A stretch of DNA of 44,335 nt, taken from positions 1 through 44,335 of the forward strand of contig JANOSY010000033.1 in NCBI GenBank assembly GCA_031416075.1, given 5' to 3'. Of the stretch, positions 1-9,060 are shown in pieces (the stretch's first letter is position 1; each line of letters begins with the position of its first letter). Made by a program: the position numbers and the translations under genes. The notes below the pieces were generated by a model. It did not search any database, was not told the origin of the DNA, and saw only the letters and a list, made by a program, of their open reading frames with translations. Source of the stretch: Candidatus Tenderia sp. Its GTDB lineage: Bacteria; Pseudomonadota; Gammaproteobacteria; Tenderiales; Tenderiaceae.

Positions 1-67
1 TACGACAACAGCGATGAAATTCTTGGCGTTCTTCTTCTGTGAGTGAGATAGCAACGGGGACAGGCAT
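1..67 (-). CDS. IS630-family transposase, N-terminal fragment
   Basis: Manual translation MPVPVAISLTEEERQEFHRCCR; 'L(T/S)xEERxxL/F' pattern; only 22 codons visible. Confidence 0.5.
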   Translation of the reverse strand, partial: MPVPVAISLTEEERQEFHRCCR

Positions 68-122
68 AGTCAGCGCACCAGAAAATAAGGAAGGAGTAGC
101 GCTATTATATATGATCACATTA
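1..122 (-). mobile_element. Left end of an IS630-family-like insertion sequence (truncated by window edge)
   Basis: Minus-strand ATG at 67 opens MPVPVAISLTEEERQEFHRCCR, running off the window and resembling IS630 transposase N-termini. TA at 121-122 is a candidate target junction. The upstream frame of the adjacent acyltransferase is closed (TGA 112-114). Confidence 0.55.
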
Positions 123-123
123 T

Positions 124-1473
124 TTGTTACAGTACACTAGCATATTGTACGTTGGGGTTATAACTCTTGTAATTGGATTTTTTTATGCTGATGAAAATTT
201 TTTTCCATTTCCTTGGGCGCTTCTCCCCGTGCTTGGCACACTGTTGATGATCGTCGGTACATCAAGAGTTACAGAGGCTCCGCAAGGAGTGCGATATTTT
301 CTTGAGTCTCGCGCTATGACTTATATTGGGCGTATCTCATACTCCCTGTATCTTTGGCATTGGGCTGTATTTTCATTGTTTAGGTGGACTGTAGGGCTAG
401 CTACACCAGTAACGGCTATAACAGCACTTTTACTTACCTTGAGTTTGTCGGTGCTTTCGTACCACTTGTTAGAAAATATTTTTCGTCGGAGCTCATATTT
501 AAAGAAGCAATTTAGTTGGAAAGTTGTAACAGGAGGGCTTGGCGTGGCAACGATGTCGTCTTTTTTAACCGGTTTATTGTTCCTGTACAGTACACCACTC
601 GGACTCAATCTTAGTGTCACTAGCAATAGTTATGATTGGAGTCCATATGAAGTAATAAATAGTAAAACAATTGATTCTACTCCTGTTAATGTAGCTCACT
701 CTGCGGATAAAGAAAAAACAATATTTGTAATAGGAGATTCTCATGCTGGAGCTTATACCCGTATGGTGGAGTCCGCGGCAGCTAGTCTTGAAGCTAAAAC
801 AGAGTTCCTTTCTCGCTCTGGATGTCCAATTGTAAATCTTAATGTTGTATCGAGCGATAGTCAGGCATGCCGTAATTTTGAACAAGATATTCTTGCTTTA
901 ATAAAAAAAGATTCGCGTCCTGGAGATATCGTATTTTTGGCATCACTTCGTATGCATCGGCTCGGAAACCAATGGGGGGTATTTGATGAGAAGGAAGTAT
1001 TATTACGTAGCACAACCCTAGTAGCTATTGAAGAGCACAGGCTTGCATTAACTCAAGCGATTATATTTATTGAAAAATTAAAATCAATGGGACTTATTGT
1101 GTTGATTGATGCACCAAAACCTATTTTTAGAGCACCACCTTTCCGGTGTTCAGATTGGTTTAATAAGTCCAATCCGGTTTGTGCGCCTGGGTTTACGATT
1201 GATAAGGCGGTGCTATTGAAGCATCGAGAGCCAATAATGTCCTCTTTGAGGGAGTTACAGAAATTGCATGATGTGTATATATGGGATCCGTTTCCAATAC
1301 TTTGTGGTGGAGCAGTGTGTTCAGCTTTTGAAGGGGACAAGCCAATATTTTCAGATGGCGACCACCTAAGCGGTTATGGTAATCGTTTGCTTACCCCATC
1401 TTTTACGACCCTATTAGAGGATATATGGAAAGTTAATAGCCCCATGCCTGCTACTTTTGACAAGAAAAAATAG
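124..1473 (+). pseudogene. Acyltransferase family 3 + SGNH domain O-acetyltransferase (OafA/OatA-like), lacking its N-terminal membrane part
   Basis: YIGRISYSLYLWHW and SYHLLE AT3 motifs; SGNH motifs IGDSHA, SGCP and DGDHLS. The ORF starts mid-membrane domain at a TTG with an in-frame stop just upstream. Confidence 0.75.
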
Positions 1474-1549
1474 TTAATGGATTGCCATTACCGTTGGGAA
1501 TACTGTATGTGTATCTGGCTATTAAAAAATGTATATCCTGCTGTAGTGG

Positions 1550-2737
1550 TCATATCTTTTTCCAGCTACGACTTCTGAAAATAACCATAATCAATAATGT
1601 AATTCTTGTTGGTAGATTTTGCACTCCGGGAGCATAACAAACATTGTTCCATACCCAACTTAGCAGCCTAAGGTAGTAGTATCTATTCTGGAATATTTTT
1701 TTTAGGCTGAAGGTACGGTCGTTATTTTTTTTGTGAGTGCTATTTAGAATTCGTTGGTAATTATCTTGCGCCACTTTTGGTATGGGTAACTCGAATGGCC
1801 AAGTAGAATGCATGAGCGTATGACTCATTAGCAGATATGTTATGAATGGTACTTCTAGTCGGTTTATCTTTGCTGTGTTTCCCCAATTTTTCCAGCTGAT
1901 TTGATTTGATCGTTGAGAAACTAATGTGGAGAAGTCAGCTAGTTGTAATAGTGAAATCTCACCTTGAAGAAATTCCCGTTTTGGCAGTAATGCGTGTGCA
2001 GTATTTAATAAGACTCTATCTTGCACAGATAATATTGACGTATTAAAACCATCAAGAGTAGCTTTTATTCTATTTTTCCATGCCTGTTTTGTTGGAATAA
2101 CTCTTCCTGCTTGACCATACGAAACATTAAAATGTATTTCAATAATGATCTTGGTAGTAGGGTGACGATACGCGGGTATCTGATGGTGACGTACATCTGT
2201 GGCTAGTCCATCCAAGGTCATTCCAGGGTCAGGTACCTCCACATAGTTCTGCGCTGTTAATATGGTTCTGCATCTGTTGATCTTGTCGGGGTGGACCAGG
2301 ATATCGAGATCCCCCATGACTCTTGCACCGGGATCCTCATAATAATTATCACAAAAAGTAGCTGCGCCTTTTAACAGTAAGCTGTCTATATTATGTTTTT
2401 TAAACTCTGTCAGCAGTTTAATTAGGCCATCTTTAAGGGTATTGTTACGTTGAAGGTTGTTTTGATAAGAGTTTACAATGATTCTCTGTATTGGCTTGGG
2501 TAGCAGAGTGAATAGACCATGCTGTCGTAATCTTACATGCAATAGAGGTGTGCAGCGTTCGGAGCCTGACAACCTTAGCAGGTTTATCCATATAATTTTT
2601 TCTTTGCTGATAATGTCACGTACTAGATCTATTTTTTCAGCTTTAAGATGAGGTGATAACAATAGAGCTAATAGTTTATAGGTGTCTATTGTTGCCAGTT
2701 GACCGGTCTCTGGGTTTTTCAGTGATTTATTAGGCAT
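1550..2737 (-). CDS. Nucleotidyltransferase family protein (NTP_transf_5-like)
   Basis: LLLKGAA...Y..PGARVMGDLDILV and IEIHF motifs; start ATG 2737 (alternative GTG 2749) overlaps the stop of the upstream ligase gene. Confidence 0.85.
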   Translation of the reverse strand: MPNKSLKNPETGQLATIDTYKLLALLLSPHLKAEKIDLVRDIISKEKIIWINLLRLSGSERCTPLLHVRLRQHGLFTLLPKPIQRIIVNSYQNNLQRNNTLKDGLIKLLTEFKKHNIDSLLLKGAATFCDNYYEDPGARVMGDLDILVHPDKINRCRTILTAQNYVEVPDPGMTLDGLATDVRHHQIPAYRHPTTKIIIEIHFNVSYGQAGRVIPTKQAWKNRIKATLDGFNTSILSVQDRVLLNTAHALLPKREFLQGEISLLQLADFSTLVSQRSNQISWKNWGNTAKINRLEVPFITYLLMSHTLMHSTWPFELPIPKVAQDNYQRILNSTHKKNNDRTFSLKKIFQNRYYYLRLLSWVWNNVCYAPGVQNLPTRITLLIMVIFRSRSWKKI

Positions 2738-4172
2738 GTTCAGAATCACTGACTTTACCTGATGAGGCTATTAAACCAATCGCTAGTAGGATATAAAAAT
2801 ATACAGCATTGGTTGGTATGTAAAAGTTTAACTCTACATTGGCGTGTATTAGCATGGCCATTACTCCAATGAGAACTCCAAATAGAATGCCTGTTATTAA
2901 TGGGGGTTGCTTTCTTCGTATTGCGCTTACAATTTTTATAATAATTAGTAAGAGGCTGGCGCCCAGTATGGAAAATCCTATAATGCCTTGATCAGAGATA
3001 AGTTCGAGATAGTCCATGTGTACATGTGAATACATTGGGCTGGATCCAATTCCAGAATCAGTATAGGTAGTGCGTACATTTTTATAACTCCCAGCGCCTG
3101 AACCGAACAGCGGGTAATCCGAGATTATTTTGTAGGCTGTGACCCTGCTAAGGTCCCTGCCATTTTCTTGTAGCCCCAGATCATTCAGTCTGTTGGATAC
3201 ACTACCCATGCCTGTCCATATTGAAATTACCATAATTAAAAAAGATATCGTTAGCAGGATAATTGTCTCTCTTGATTTTATGCCGCGAAATATAATTACG
3301 CCTAATGATGCGATGATAAAGGAGATATAAAATGCTCCATTGCCGCCCCGCGATCCTGTAAAAAAAAGCGCGGTGAGTGATACAAGTAATATTGCCGCAG
3401 TAAATGCCCTTGGCGACATTAAAAATTCTATTATTGTAACGAGAGAACGGTTTGTTTTACTTTTATGCGATTGTGGTGATGGTCTTGCGAATAATAGCCC
3501 CATGCCCAAGGGGATGGTCATTTCTAGTAGGCCTGCAAAATGGTTGTAATGTGAATATGTTCCCCTAACCGTTTTTCCCCAATTATTGACTATATCCCAT
3601 GGCGGTTGCGAGTCAATAAGACTATAAGCCCCTAGTGTTGAGTAGTTGAGGAGAGAATAGAGAGATTGCAGTGCGCCAACAGAAAACAGGACGATGACTA
3701 ACTGTTTTAGTCTTCTTTGACTGTGAGTAAGTATAAGCACGAGCAAGAAAATCGCGATGTAGCTACAGTTTTTTATAAATTCGGCCAATGTGCGATCTGG
3801 AGTTATTGTCAGTGTGAAAGAGCTCTGGTTTCCACCTACGCTCGTATAGTCGTGAACTGTTTTTGCTGAAGGGCTGATCACTTCAAGCAGTTGCTCGGGA
3901 AATCCTACTGTTTGTATAAATTGAAGAATCAACCCGGTAATTAATAGGCAGATGGGGAGTTTGTTTAGGGATATTACTTTTGGTAATGCTCTGTTGCTAT
4001 TCCAGTGCATTAGCAAACTGATAGAAAGCAACATAAATGCCAGTGTGCCAAATAGGCTGTACGCCCAGGGAGACTCGCTCGCGTGGGGGATTGGTATCCA
4101 GACAATCAACATAAGCAGGGCTATAAAAAGGTAGTGATCATTTACGCGTGTTGAGTTGGTGCTGATCATCAT
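2730..4172 (-). CDS. O-antigen ligase / Wzy_C family membrane protein
   Basis: Many TM segments; GTYSHYNHFAG, TGSRGG, YPLFGSGAGSY and HVHMDYLE motifs. Confidence 0.85.
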   Translation of the reverse strand: MMISTNSTRVNDHYLFIALLMLIVWIPIPHASESPWAYSLFGTLAFMLLSISLLMHWNSNRALPKVISLNKLPICLLITGLILQFIQTVGFPEQLLEVISPSAKTVHDYTSVGGNQSSFTLTITPDRTLAEFIKNCSYIAIFLLVLILTHSQRRLKQLVIVLFSVGALQSLYSLLNYSTLGAYSLIDSQPPWDIVNNWGKTVRGTYSHYNHFAGLLEMTIPLGMGLLFARPSPQSHKSKTNRSLVTIIEFLMSPRAFTAAILLVSLTALFFTGSRGGNGAFYISFIIASLGVIIFRGIKSRETIILLTISFLIMVISIWTGMGSVSNRLNDLGLQENGRDLSRVTAYKIISDYPLFGSGAGSYKNVRTTYTDSGIGSSPMYSHVHMDYLELISDQGIIGFSILGASLLLIIIKIVSAIRRKQPPLITGILFGVLIGVMAMLIHANVELNFYIPTNAVYFYILLAIGLIASSGKVSDSEHA

Positions 4173-4918
4173 AGTTGATTCTTGTTTGTGATTGCTTTGT
4201 TGAGATGGTTTTTTTGTTGTTCATTTTCGATAAGTGGCACCAGCTCTGCTGTCCAACCATACTCTACAGCGGTTTTGATTGTTGAGGGCGCAAGCCGTGA
4301 GTGATAGCCGAGCGCTTGTTTGACTACGTTCTTGAAATCTACTTTTACCGACTCAGGAAGTATCTCCCAGTGGGATATTCCTAAAGGAATGACCTGCTGT
4401 TGGTTTAGAACTTCATAGGGTTCAAAGTGAATGGCCCTTTCTAAAGCTTGTACAAATAAATCGTTGTTTTGATTCGAATCCGCATAGTTTTGTGCCAATT
4501 TGGCCCAGGCGAGTCCCCATGTTGGCCGTTTTTTTATAGTGATTAATAAGTTTCTCAATGCCTGATCTTGGTATTGTTTTTGATCGAGACTGGAAATTTG
4601 AGGGGCGTTTGCTTGCAGTGTGGCTAGGCGGGCGAGGTCCATATAGAACTCGGCATTATTGCTGTTAAGTATGGTCGCTTTTTGTAAGCGGCCCCATGCT
4701 TCTTTGGCTGCATGCTGATCAATAGTAATTCCTGTTGTTTCCCAGTGGGTAATGTTATGTCTAGGTGTGATGACAAGTATTTCTGCATATCCCCACAGGG
4801 CTGACCACACCATAAAGATAGCACTAAGGATCCCCGCTACAAGATAGGACCATCGATTGACTGATGCAAGATAGGACCATCGATTGACTGATGATAGTTT
4901 GGGAATGTTGTTACGCAT
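4169..4918 (-). CDS. VpsP-like polysaccharide biosynthesis protein (TM + TPR-like)
   Basis: N-terminal TM, helical repeats, RPTWGLAWAKLA motif, position between the phosphatase and ligase genes. Confidence 0.6.
   Translation of the reverse strand: MRNNIPKLSSVNRWSYLASVNRWSYLVAGILSAIFMVWSALWGYAEILVITPRHNITHWETTGITIDQHAAKEAWGRLQKATILNSNNAEFYMDLARLATLQANAPQISSLDQKQYQDQALRNLLITIKKRPTWGLAWAKLAQNYADSNQNNDLFVQALERAIHFEPYEVLNQQQVIPLGISHWEILPESVKVDFKNVVKQALGYHSRLAPSTIKTAVEYGWTAELVPLIENEQQKNHLNKAITNKNQL
4840..4893. repeat. Perfect 27-bp tandem duplication (CAAGATAGGACCATCGATTGACTGATG x2)
   Basis: Read directly; gives the repeated peptide SVNRWSYL. Confidence 0.95.
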
Positions 4919-5629
4919 TTATTGTAGTTTTAAGGCAGGTGCATTGGCCAGGATTTCTGCCTGTGATTGCCCGATGATTTTACTAGCCGCGTGTATGCCT
5001 TCGCTCAGGTTGGGTGGTCGGTATTTGAGGTTATGACAATCAGAAGCTATTAACTCTACCTTGCCATCCATCAATAAATCTGTGGCTAGTTGTTTTGCTT
5101 GTTTGCCAAAACTGCCAGTGATGCTAGAGCTGGTGATCTGTAGGGGGCAACCCGCATCCAAAAACGGTTTTAGTTTGGTTGGGGCTTTTTGGAATGCGCG
5201 ATTCCTTTCGGGATGAACGAGAATGGGCATGATCTGTTTTGTGCGTAACCAGTGAATCAGGTTAGTTGTGCCTGCGGGAATATCGTTGGGTGGCAGCTCT
5301 AGCAGAAAACATTTTTGTCCGTTCCAGGTGCCGAGCCACGGTAGAGTATCTGTTTCAATCATCTGCATGATCTGTGGGCCAATATGTACTTCAGCGGCCA
5401 GGTGAAGTTTAATGGGAATCTCTTCAGCCTCTACGACCATACGAAACATCTCAAACAACCCGGTGAGCTGTTTGAGATTGTTTTCAAAACGGTTGGTTTG
5501 TATGTGTGGTGTAAGGACCTGAGTTAGAACTCCGTCTTGAACGGCGATGCGCAACATTGCAATGGCATCGTTAATACTTTGCACACCATCATCCACGCTG
5601 GGAAGTATGTGGCTGTGTATGTCGATCAT
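4919..5629 (-). CDS. PHP-family tyrosine-protein phosphatase (CpsB/CapC-like)
   Basis: MIDIHSHILPSVDDG, TPH, HPERN and ASDCH motifs. Confidence 0.92.
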   Translation of the reverse strand: MIDIHSHILPSVDDGVQSINDAIAMLRIAVQDGVLTQVLTPHIQTNRFENNLKQLTGLFEMFRMVVEAEEIPIKLHLAAEVHIGPQIMQMIETDTLPWLGTWNGQKCFLLELPPNDIPAGTTNLIHWLRTKQIMPILVHPERNRAFQKAPTKLKPFLDAGCPLQITSSSITGSFGKQAKQLATDLLMDGKVELIASDCHNLKYRPPNLSEGIHAASKIIGQSQAEILANAPALKLQ

Positions 5630-5753
5630 TGTAGTATGAGCTGCATGTTTTGGACTTTATATGGAATACAGTTAGCAATCAACTCTCAACCTCCCGTATA
5701 AGAAATAAAACACCCTCATCATGAGGTTGTCGGGGGATGGGTGAGCAGTAAAT

Positions 5754-5780
5754 CCGTCCATCCTTCGATAGGCTCAGGAC
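5754..5780. repeat. Fragment of a dispersed REP/MITE-like repeat (CCGTCCATCCTTCGATAGGCTCAGGAC)
   Basis: Near-copy at 20361-20385 (CTTTCGACAGGTTCAGGACGAACGG); short inverted piece at 10253-10262. Confidence 0.6.
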
Positions 5781-5812
5781 AAAAATAAATTGTTCTACAG
5801 ACTCTAGAACAA
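5781..5812 (-). terminator. Putative intrinsic terminator after wzc
   Basis: Minus strand TTGTTCTA-gagtctg-TAGAACAA followed by TTTATTTTT. Confidence 0.5.
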
Positions 5813-5833
5813 CCGGAACTAATCAGAGCCGCC

Positions 5834-8107
5834 TCAGACCGGTTTTTTAGTGGCTTCTGGTCTGCGATCACCATAATAACTGCCATCGTAATAGTAATGA
5901 CTGCCGTAGGCTTCCATCCGTTTTACATCTACTTGAGTTAATACGGTGCCTGTAATTTGAACGCTACCCTTGCGCAATCTGTTGATGGACTCTTGTGTCA
6001 TTTGAGTCTTTGTGGATTCTGCCTTGACGGCAAGAATCACGCTGTCAACCATATGCCCCACTACGATTGCATCACTGACGGCTAGCAGCGGTGGGCTATC
6101 CAGGACGATGTAGGTATACATTGTCTTTAGTTTTTCCAACAGTTGCTTGAAAGCATCTGATGATAAAAATTCGATTGGGTTAGGCGTAAAGCTTCCTGCT
6201 GGTATGACATAGAGCTTGCTATTCTCGCCGCCAATTTGGGTGATGGCATCTTCTAGTATCGATTTTTTATTCAATGCTTGATCAGAGAGACCGGGGATGG
6301 GGTTCATGCCCAGATATTTGGCGATAGAGGGTTTGCGTAAGTCTACTTCTAACAGCAGGGTGCGATCCAGATGACTCAGTGACGCGGCCAGATTTGTGGC
6401 CAGTGTTGATTTGCCCTCCATTGCAGTGGCGGAGGTGACTAGAATGGTTTTTGGAGGATTATCGATGTTGGAGAAGAGTAATCCTGTACGAATATTGTTT
6501 ACGCTTTCGGCAAAAGGGGAGCGGGTATCAAATATTACCTGTTGCTCTGGTTTGATCGATTTTCTGCTATGTTCTACTAGAGGAATCACTCCCAATGATG
6601 GCAGTTGCAGCTTCTCTTCAAGATCCTCGATGCTCTTGAAGGTATTGTTTAGGTGCTCGCGCAGGAAAGCAAACAGTACTCCTATAAACAGTCCAAGCAC
6701 TACTGCAGCCATAATAAAACGTGGTTTGTTAGGTTTGAAAGGAGTTTTTGGTACAAGGGCTATGTCAATTATCTGTATATTGGAGGCGTCATATTTTTCG
6801 GAGATATTGGCCTCTTGATAACGGATGAGGAATGATTCGTATGATTTTTGATTATTGAGTACTTCACGTTCCAGACTGGCAAGTTCAAAACTACTGCCTC
6901 TTATGCCGCCTAAGTCGCTTTTTTCTTTGTTGATAAGTGCGTTGATCTCTTTCTCTTGGGTAAGTGCGGCCTGGTACTCTTTGCGTATGCTGTCGACAAC
7001 CTTGTCTACTTCAATTTCAAAGTTCTGTTTGGCTTGGTTGAGGTCTGCCCGTGCGGCGACCATTTTCGGATGTATCTCACCATAACGTTCAGAAAGTTCT
7101 TTCACACTGCGTGAAAGCTTGGTCATCTCCTGTTCTAGTGCCTGAACTGAGGGTTTGTTGAGTATTGGGCTTAGGGTGGTGTAGTCACCGTTTTCATATT
7201 TTAAACGGATTTGCTCGTAGCGGATTTCGGCTTCGCTGCGTTTGGTTTGTGCGCGAATCAGTTCGGTTGACAGTGTGGACAGACGTGTCCCCGCGAGTTG
7301 CTGCTGTTGGGTGGTGTCGACCATAGAGTGGCTCTTCTGGAATGCTTGTAGTGCTGCTTCTGAAGCTTTGAGTTTGCTCTTTAAGTCGCTCAATTGATCA
7401 TTCAGCCAGATGGATGTCTCTTTAGCACCACTGCTGCGTGATTCGAGTCCGTATTCCATATACGAATCTGCAATTGCATTAACGATGTCCGCGGCGAGCT
7501 GCGGATCAGAGTCCTCATAACCGATATTGATTATTTGACTCTGTTTGCCACCATCAACCTTGAGACCGGCCTGAATTTTACGGGCCAGTGTTATACGTAG
7601 GACATCATCACTTGGTTCAGGTATTGGCTCGGCTGTTTCGCTGATGGGTAACCAACCTTTAATCTGTTTAACAAGGGCGATATCTTTTATCTGTTGAATA
7701 AATGCGGTTGACTGCTCTTTGTTGGCGTTGGTTAATTGCCCCGCCTTGTACCGTGCCACCAGATTTAATCTTTCGACGGCCTTTTGGGCGATGCGTTGTG
7801 AGCTGATTATTTCGTATTGTGTTTCATAAAAGAGAAATACTAGCGCTGTGTTAACGTATTGATCTCGAGTATTAATGTTGGGTTGTGTTGGATCTGCAAC
7901 CAATTTGGTCTCTGCTTTATATACCGGGGTACTATTCAACGCGGCCAATATACCAATGATCAGGCAGACTAGTGTGATATTGAAAATACCAAACTTGTGG
8001 CGTTTGATGACTCGCCAGTACTGGCCAATATCAATGTTCACTTCTTTAGTTGAAAGGGAGTAATTGAGTGGCTGAATAGAGTTGGGGGTATTGGCTGTGG
8101 TTTTCAT
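5834..8107 (-). CDS. wzc: Polysaccharide co-polymerase / BY-kinase (Wzc/GumC/VpsO-like)
   Basis: Two TMs, coiled-coil periplasmic domain, PxxPFKP, Walker A SATAMEGKST, EVDLRKP, LDSPP and C-terminal Tyr cluster YGSHYYYDGSYYG. Confidence 0.93.
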   Translation of the reverse strand: MKTTANTPNSIQPLNYSLSTKEVNIDIGQYWRVIKRHKFGIFNITLVCLIIGILAALNSTPVYKAETKLVADPTQPNINTRDQYVNTALVFLFYETQYEIISSQRIAQKAVERLNLVARYKAGQLTNANKEQSTAFIQQIKDIALVKQIKGWLPISETAEPIPEPSDDVLRITLARKIQAGLKVDGGKQSQIINIGYEDSDPQLAADIVNAIADSYMEYGLESRSSGAKETSIWLNDQLSDLKSKLKASEAALQAFQKSHSMVDTTQQQQLAGTRLSTLSTELIRAQTKRSEAEIRYEQIRLKYENGDYTTLSPILNKPSVQALEQEMTKLSRSVKELSERYGEIHPKMVAARADLNQAKQNFEIEVDKVVDSIRKEYQAALTQEKEINALINKEKSDLGGIRGSSFELASLEREVLNNQKSYESFLIRYQEANISEKYDASNIQIIDIALVPKTPFKPNKPRFIMAAVVLGLFIGVLFAFLREHLNNTFKSIEDLEEKLQLPSLGVIPLVEHSRKSIKPEQQVIFDTRSPFAESVNNIRTGLLFSNIDNPPKTILVTSATAMEGKSTLATNLAASLSHLDRTLLLEVDLRKPSIAKYLGMNPIPGLSDQALNKKSILEDAITQIGGENSKLYVIPAGSFTPNPIEFLSSDAFKQLLEKLKTMYTYIVLDSPPLLAVSDAIVVGHMVDSVILAVKAESTKTQMTQESINRLRKGSVQITGTVLTQVDVKRMEAYGSHYYYDGSYYGDRRPEATKKPV

Positions 8108-8109
8108 TT

Positions 8110-8715
8110 TTAGAAAAAGCTCTCTTCTACCGTGATGATATCACCGGGCCGAATGGGTGTGGCAAGTTCAACACGTTTGGCATTGCCTTTGTCTTCTTCA
8201 TGGGCGAGGGTGATTTTGTTTTTTGATGCACGTTCAGAAAATCCGCCGGCCAGAGTGATAGCGATTTCCACGGTTAACCCCTCACGGTAGTTATAACCAC
8301 CGGGTTTTTTGACCTCACCGTTTACATAAAACTGCCGGTATTCGATGATGGAGACTGTGACGGCTGGTTTTATTAGATAACCGGCAGCAAACGATTGGGC
8401 TATTTTTTCTTCGGTTTGTGCAGTTGTTAGACCCTGTATCTGCACTTGACCAAGCAGTGGAACGGAGATGGTGCCGTTAGTTGCGATGCGTGTTTTTACC
8501 AGACTCAGGTCAGGTTCCCCAAAGATGGTGACGGAGATTTCATCGTCTGCTGAGAGAGTGTAGCTGTTTTTGCTATCGGCGCTGGCACTGTTGATAAAGA
8601 GGAATATGAGTGCGATGGCAAATAGCAGCTGTATTGCGTTGAGATATGCAGGCTGGCGTGACTCTAGCAACGGCGGTTTAAAATGAGTCTGAAAACAATG
8701 CAAGGTATTTTTCAT
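8110..8715 (-). CDS. Short periplasmic polysaccharide export protein (OPX, Poly_export + SLBB; VpsN-like)
   Basis: YTLSADDEISVTIFGEPDLS, GTISVPLLG, VNGEVKKPGGY, AGGFSERA and PGDIITVEESFF; true start may be downstream. Confidence 0.9.
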   Translation of the reverse strand: MKNTLHCFQTHFKPPLLESRQPAYLNAIQLLFAIALIFLFINSASADSKNSYTLSADDEISVTIFGEPDLSLVKTRIATNGTISVPLLGQVQIQGLTTAQTEEKIAQSFAAGYLIKPAVTVSIIEYRQFYVNGEVKKPGGYNYREGLTVEIAITLAGGFSERASKNKITLAHEEDKGNAKRVELATPIRPGDIITVEESFF

Positions 8716-9060
8716 CTCTGGTTAATCCGAGTTCTAATAAAAAACTATTTCAATAGTAGTGGAGCCTTTGGTTAGATCAGATCCGTCCATCTGTCAAAGG
8801 GGTGAAGAGTAGCCAGCTGTTGTGTCAAACAATTTTTGATGTCAATGAACGGAGCAGGGCCATAAATATCAACTCTTGCTATTTATAAACACTTTATTGC
8901 CAGGTGGCTGTCGTCTTATAGCAACAAAAAGCCGCAAAATCAGACGATTTTTCTCTGTTGGCGATTTTACTATATAAATGGTTAAAGATAAACAGATAGG
9001 CTGGCTTTTGATGGCTGGTCATATTATTTGCTGGTCGATGCCGGTGAGGTTGGTTTTTGT

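Noticed and set aside
8894-9022. 42-aa minus-strand ORF (MTSHQKPAY...) as lasso precursor
   Set aside because: No Thr(-2)/ring-acceptor pattern; probably promoter DNA
8716-9060. c-di-GMP riboswitch or JUMPstart/ops element upstream of EPS genes
   Set aside because: Consensus motifs were not found by eye on either strand
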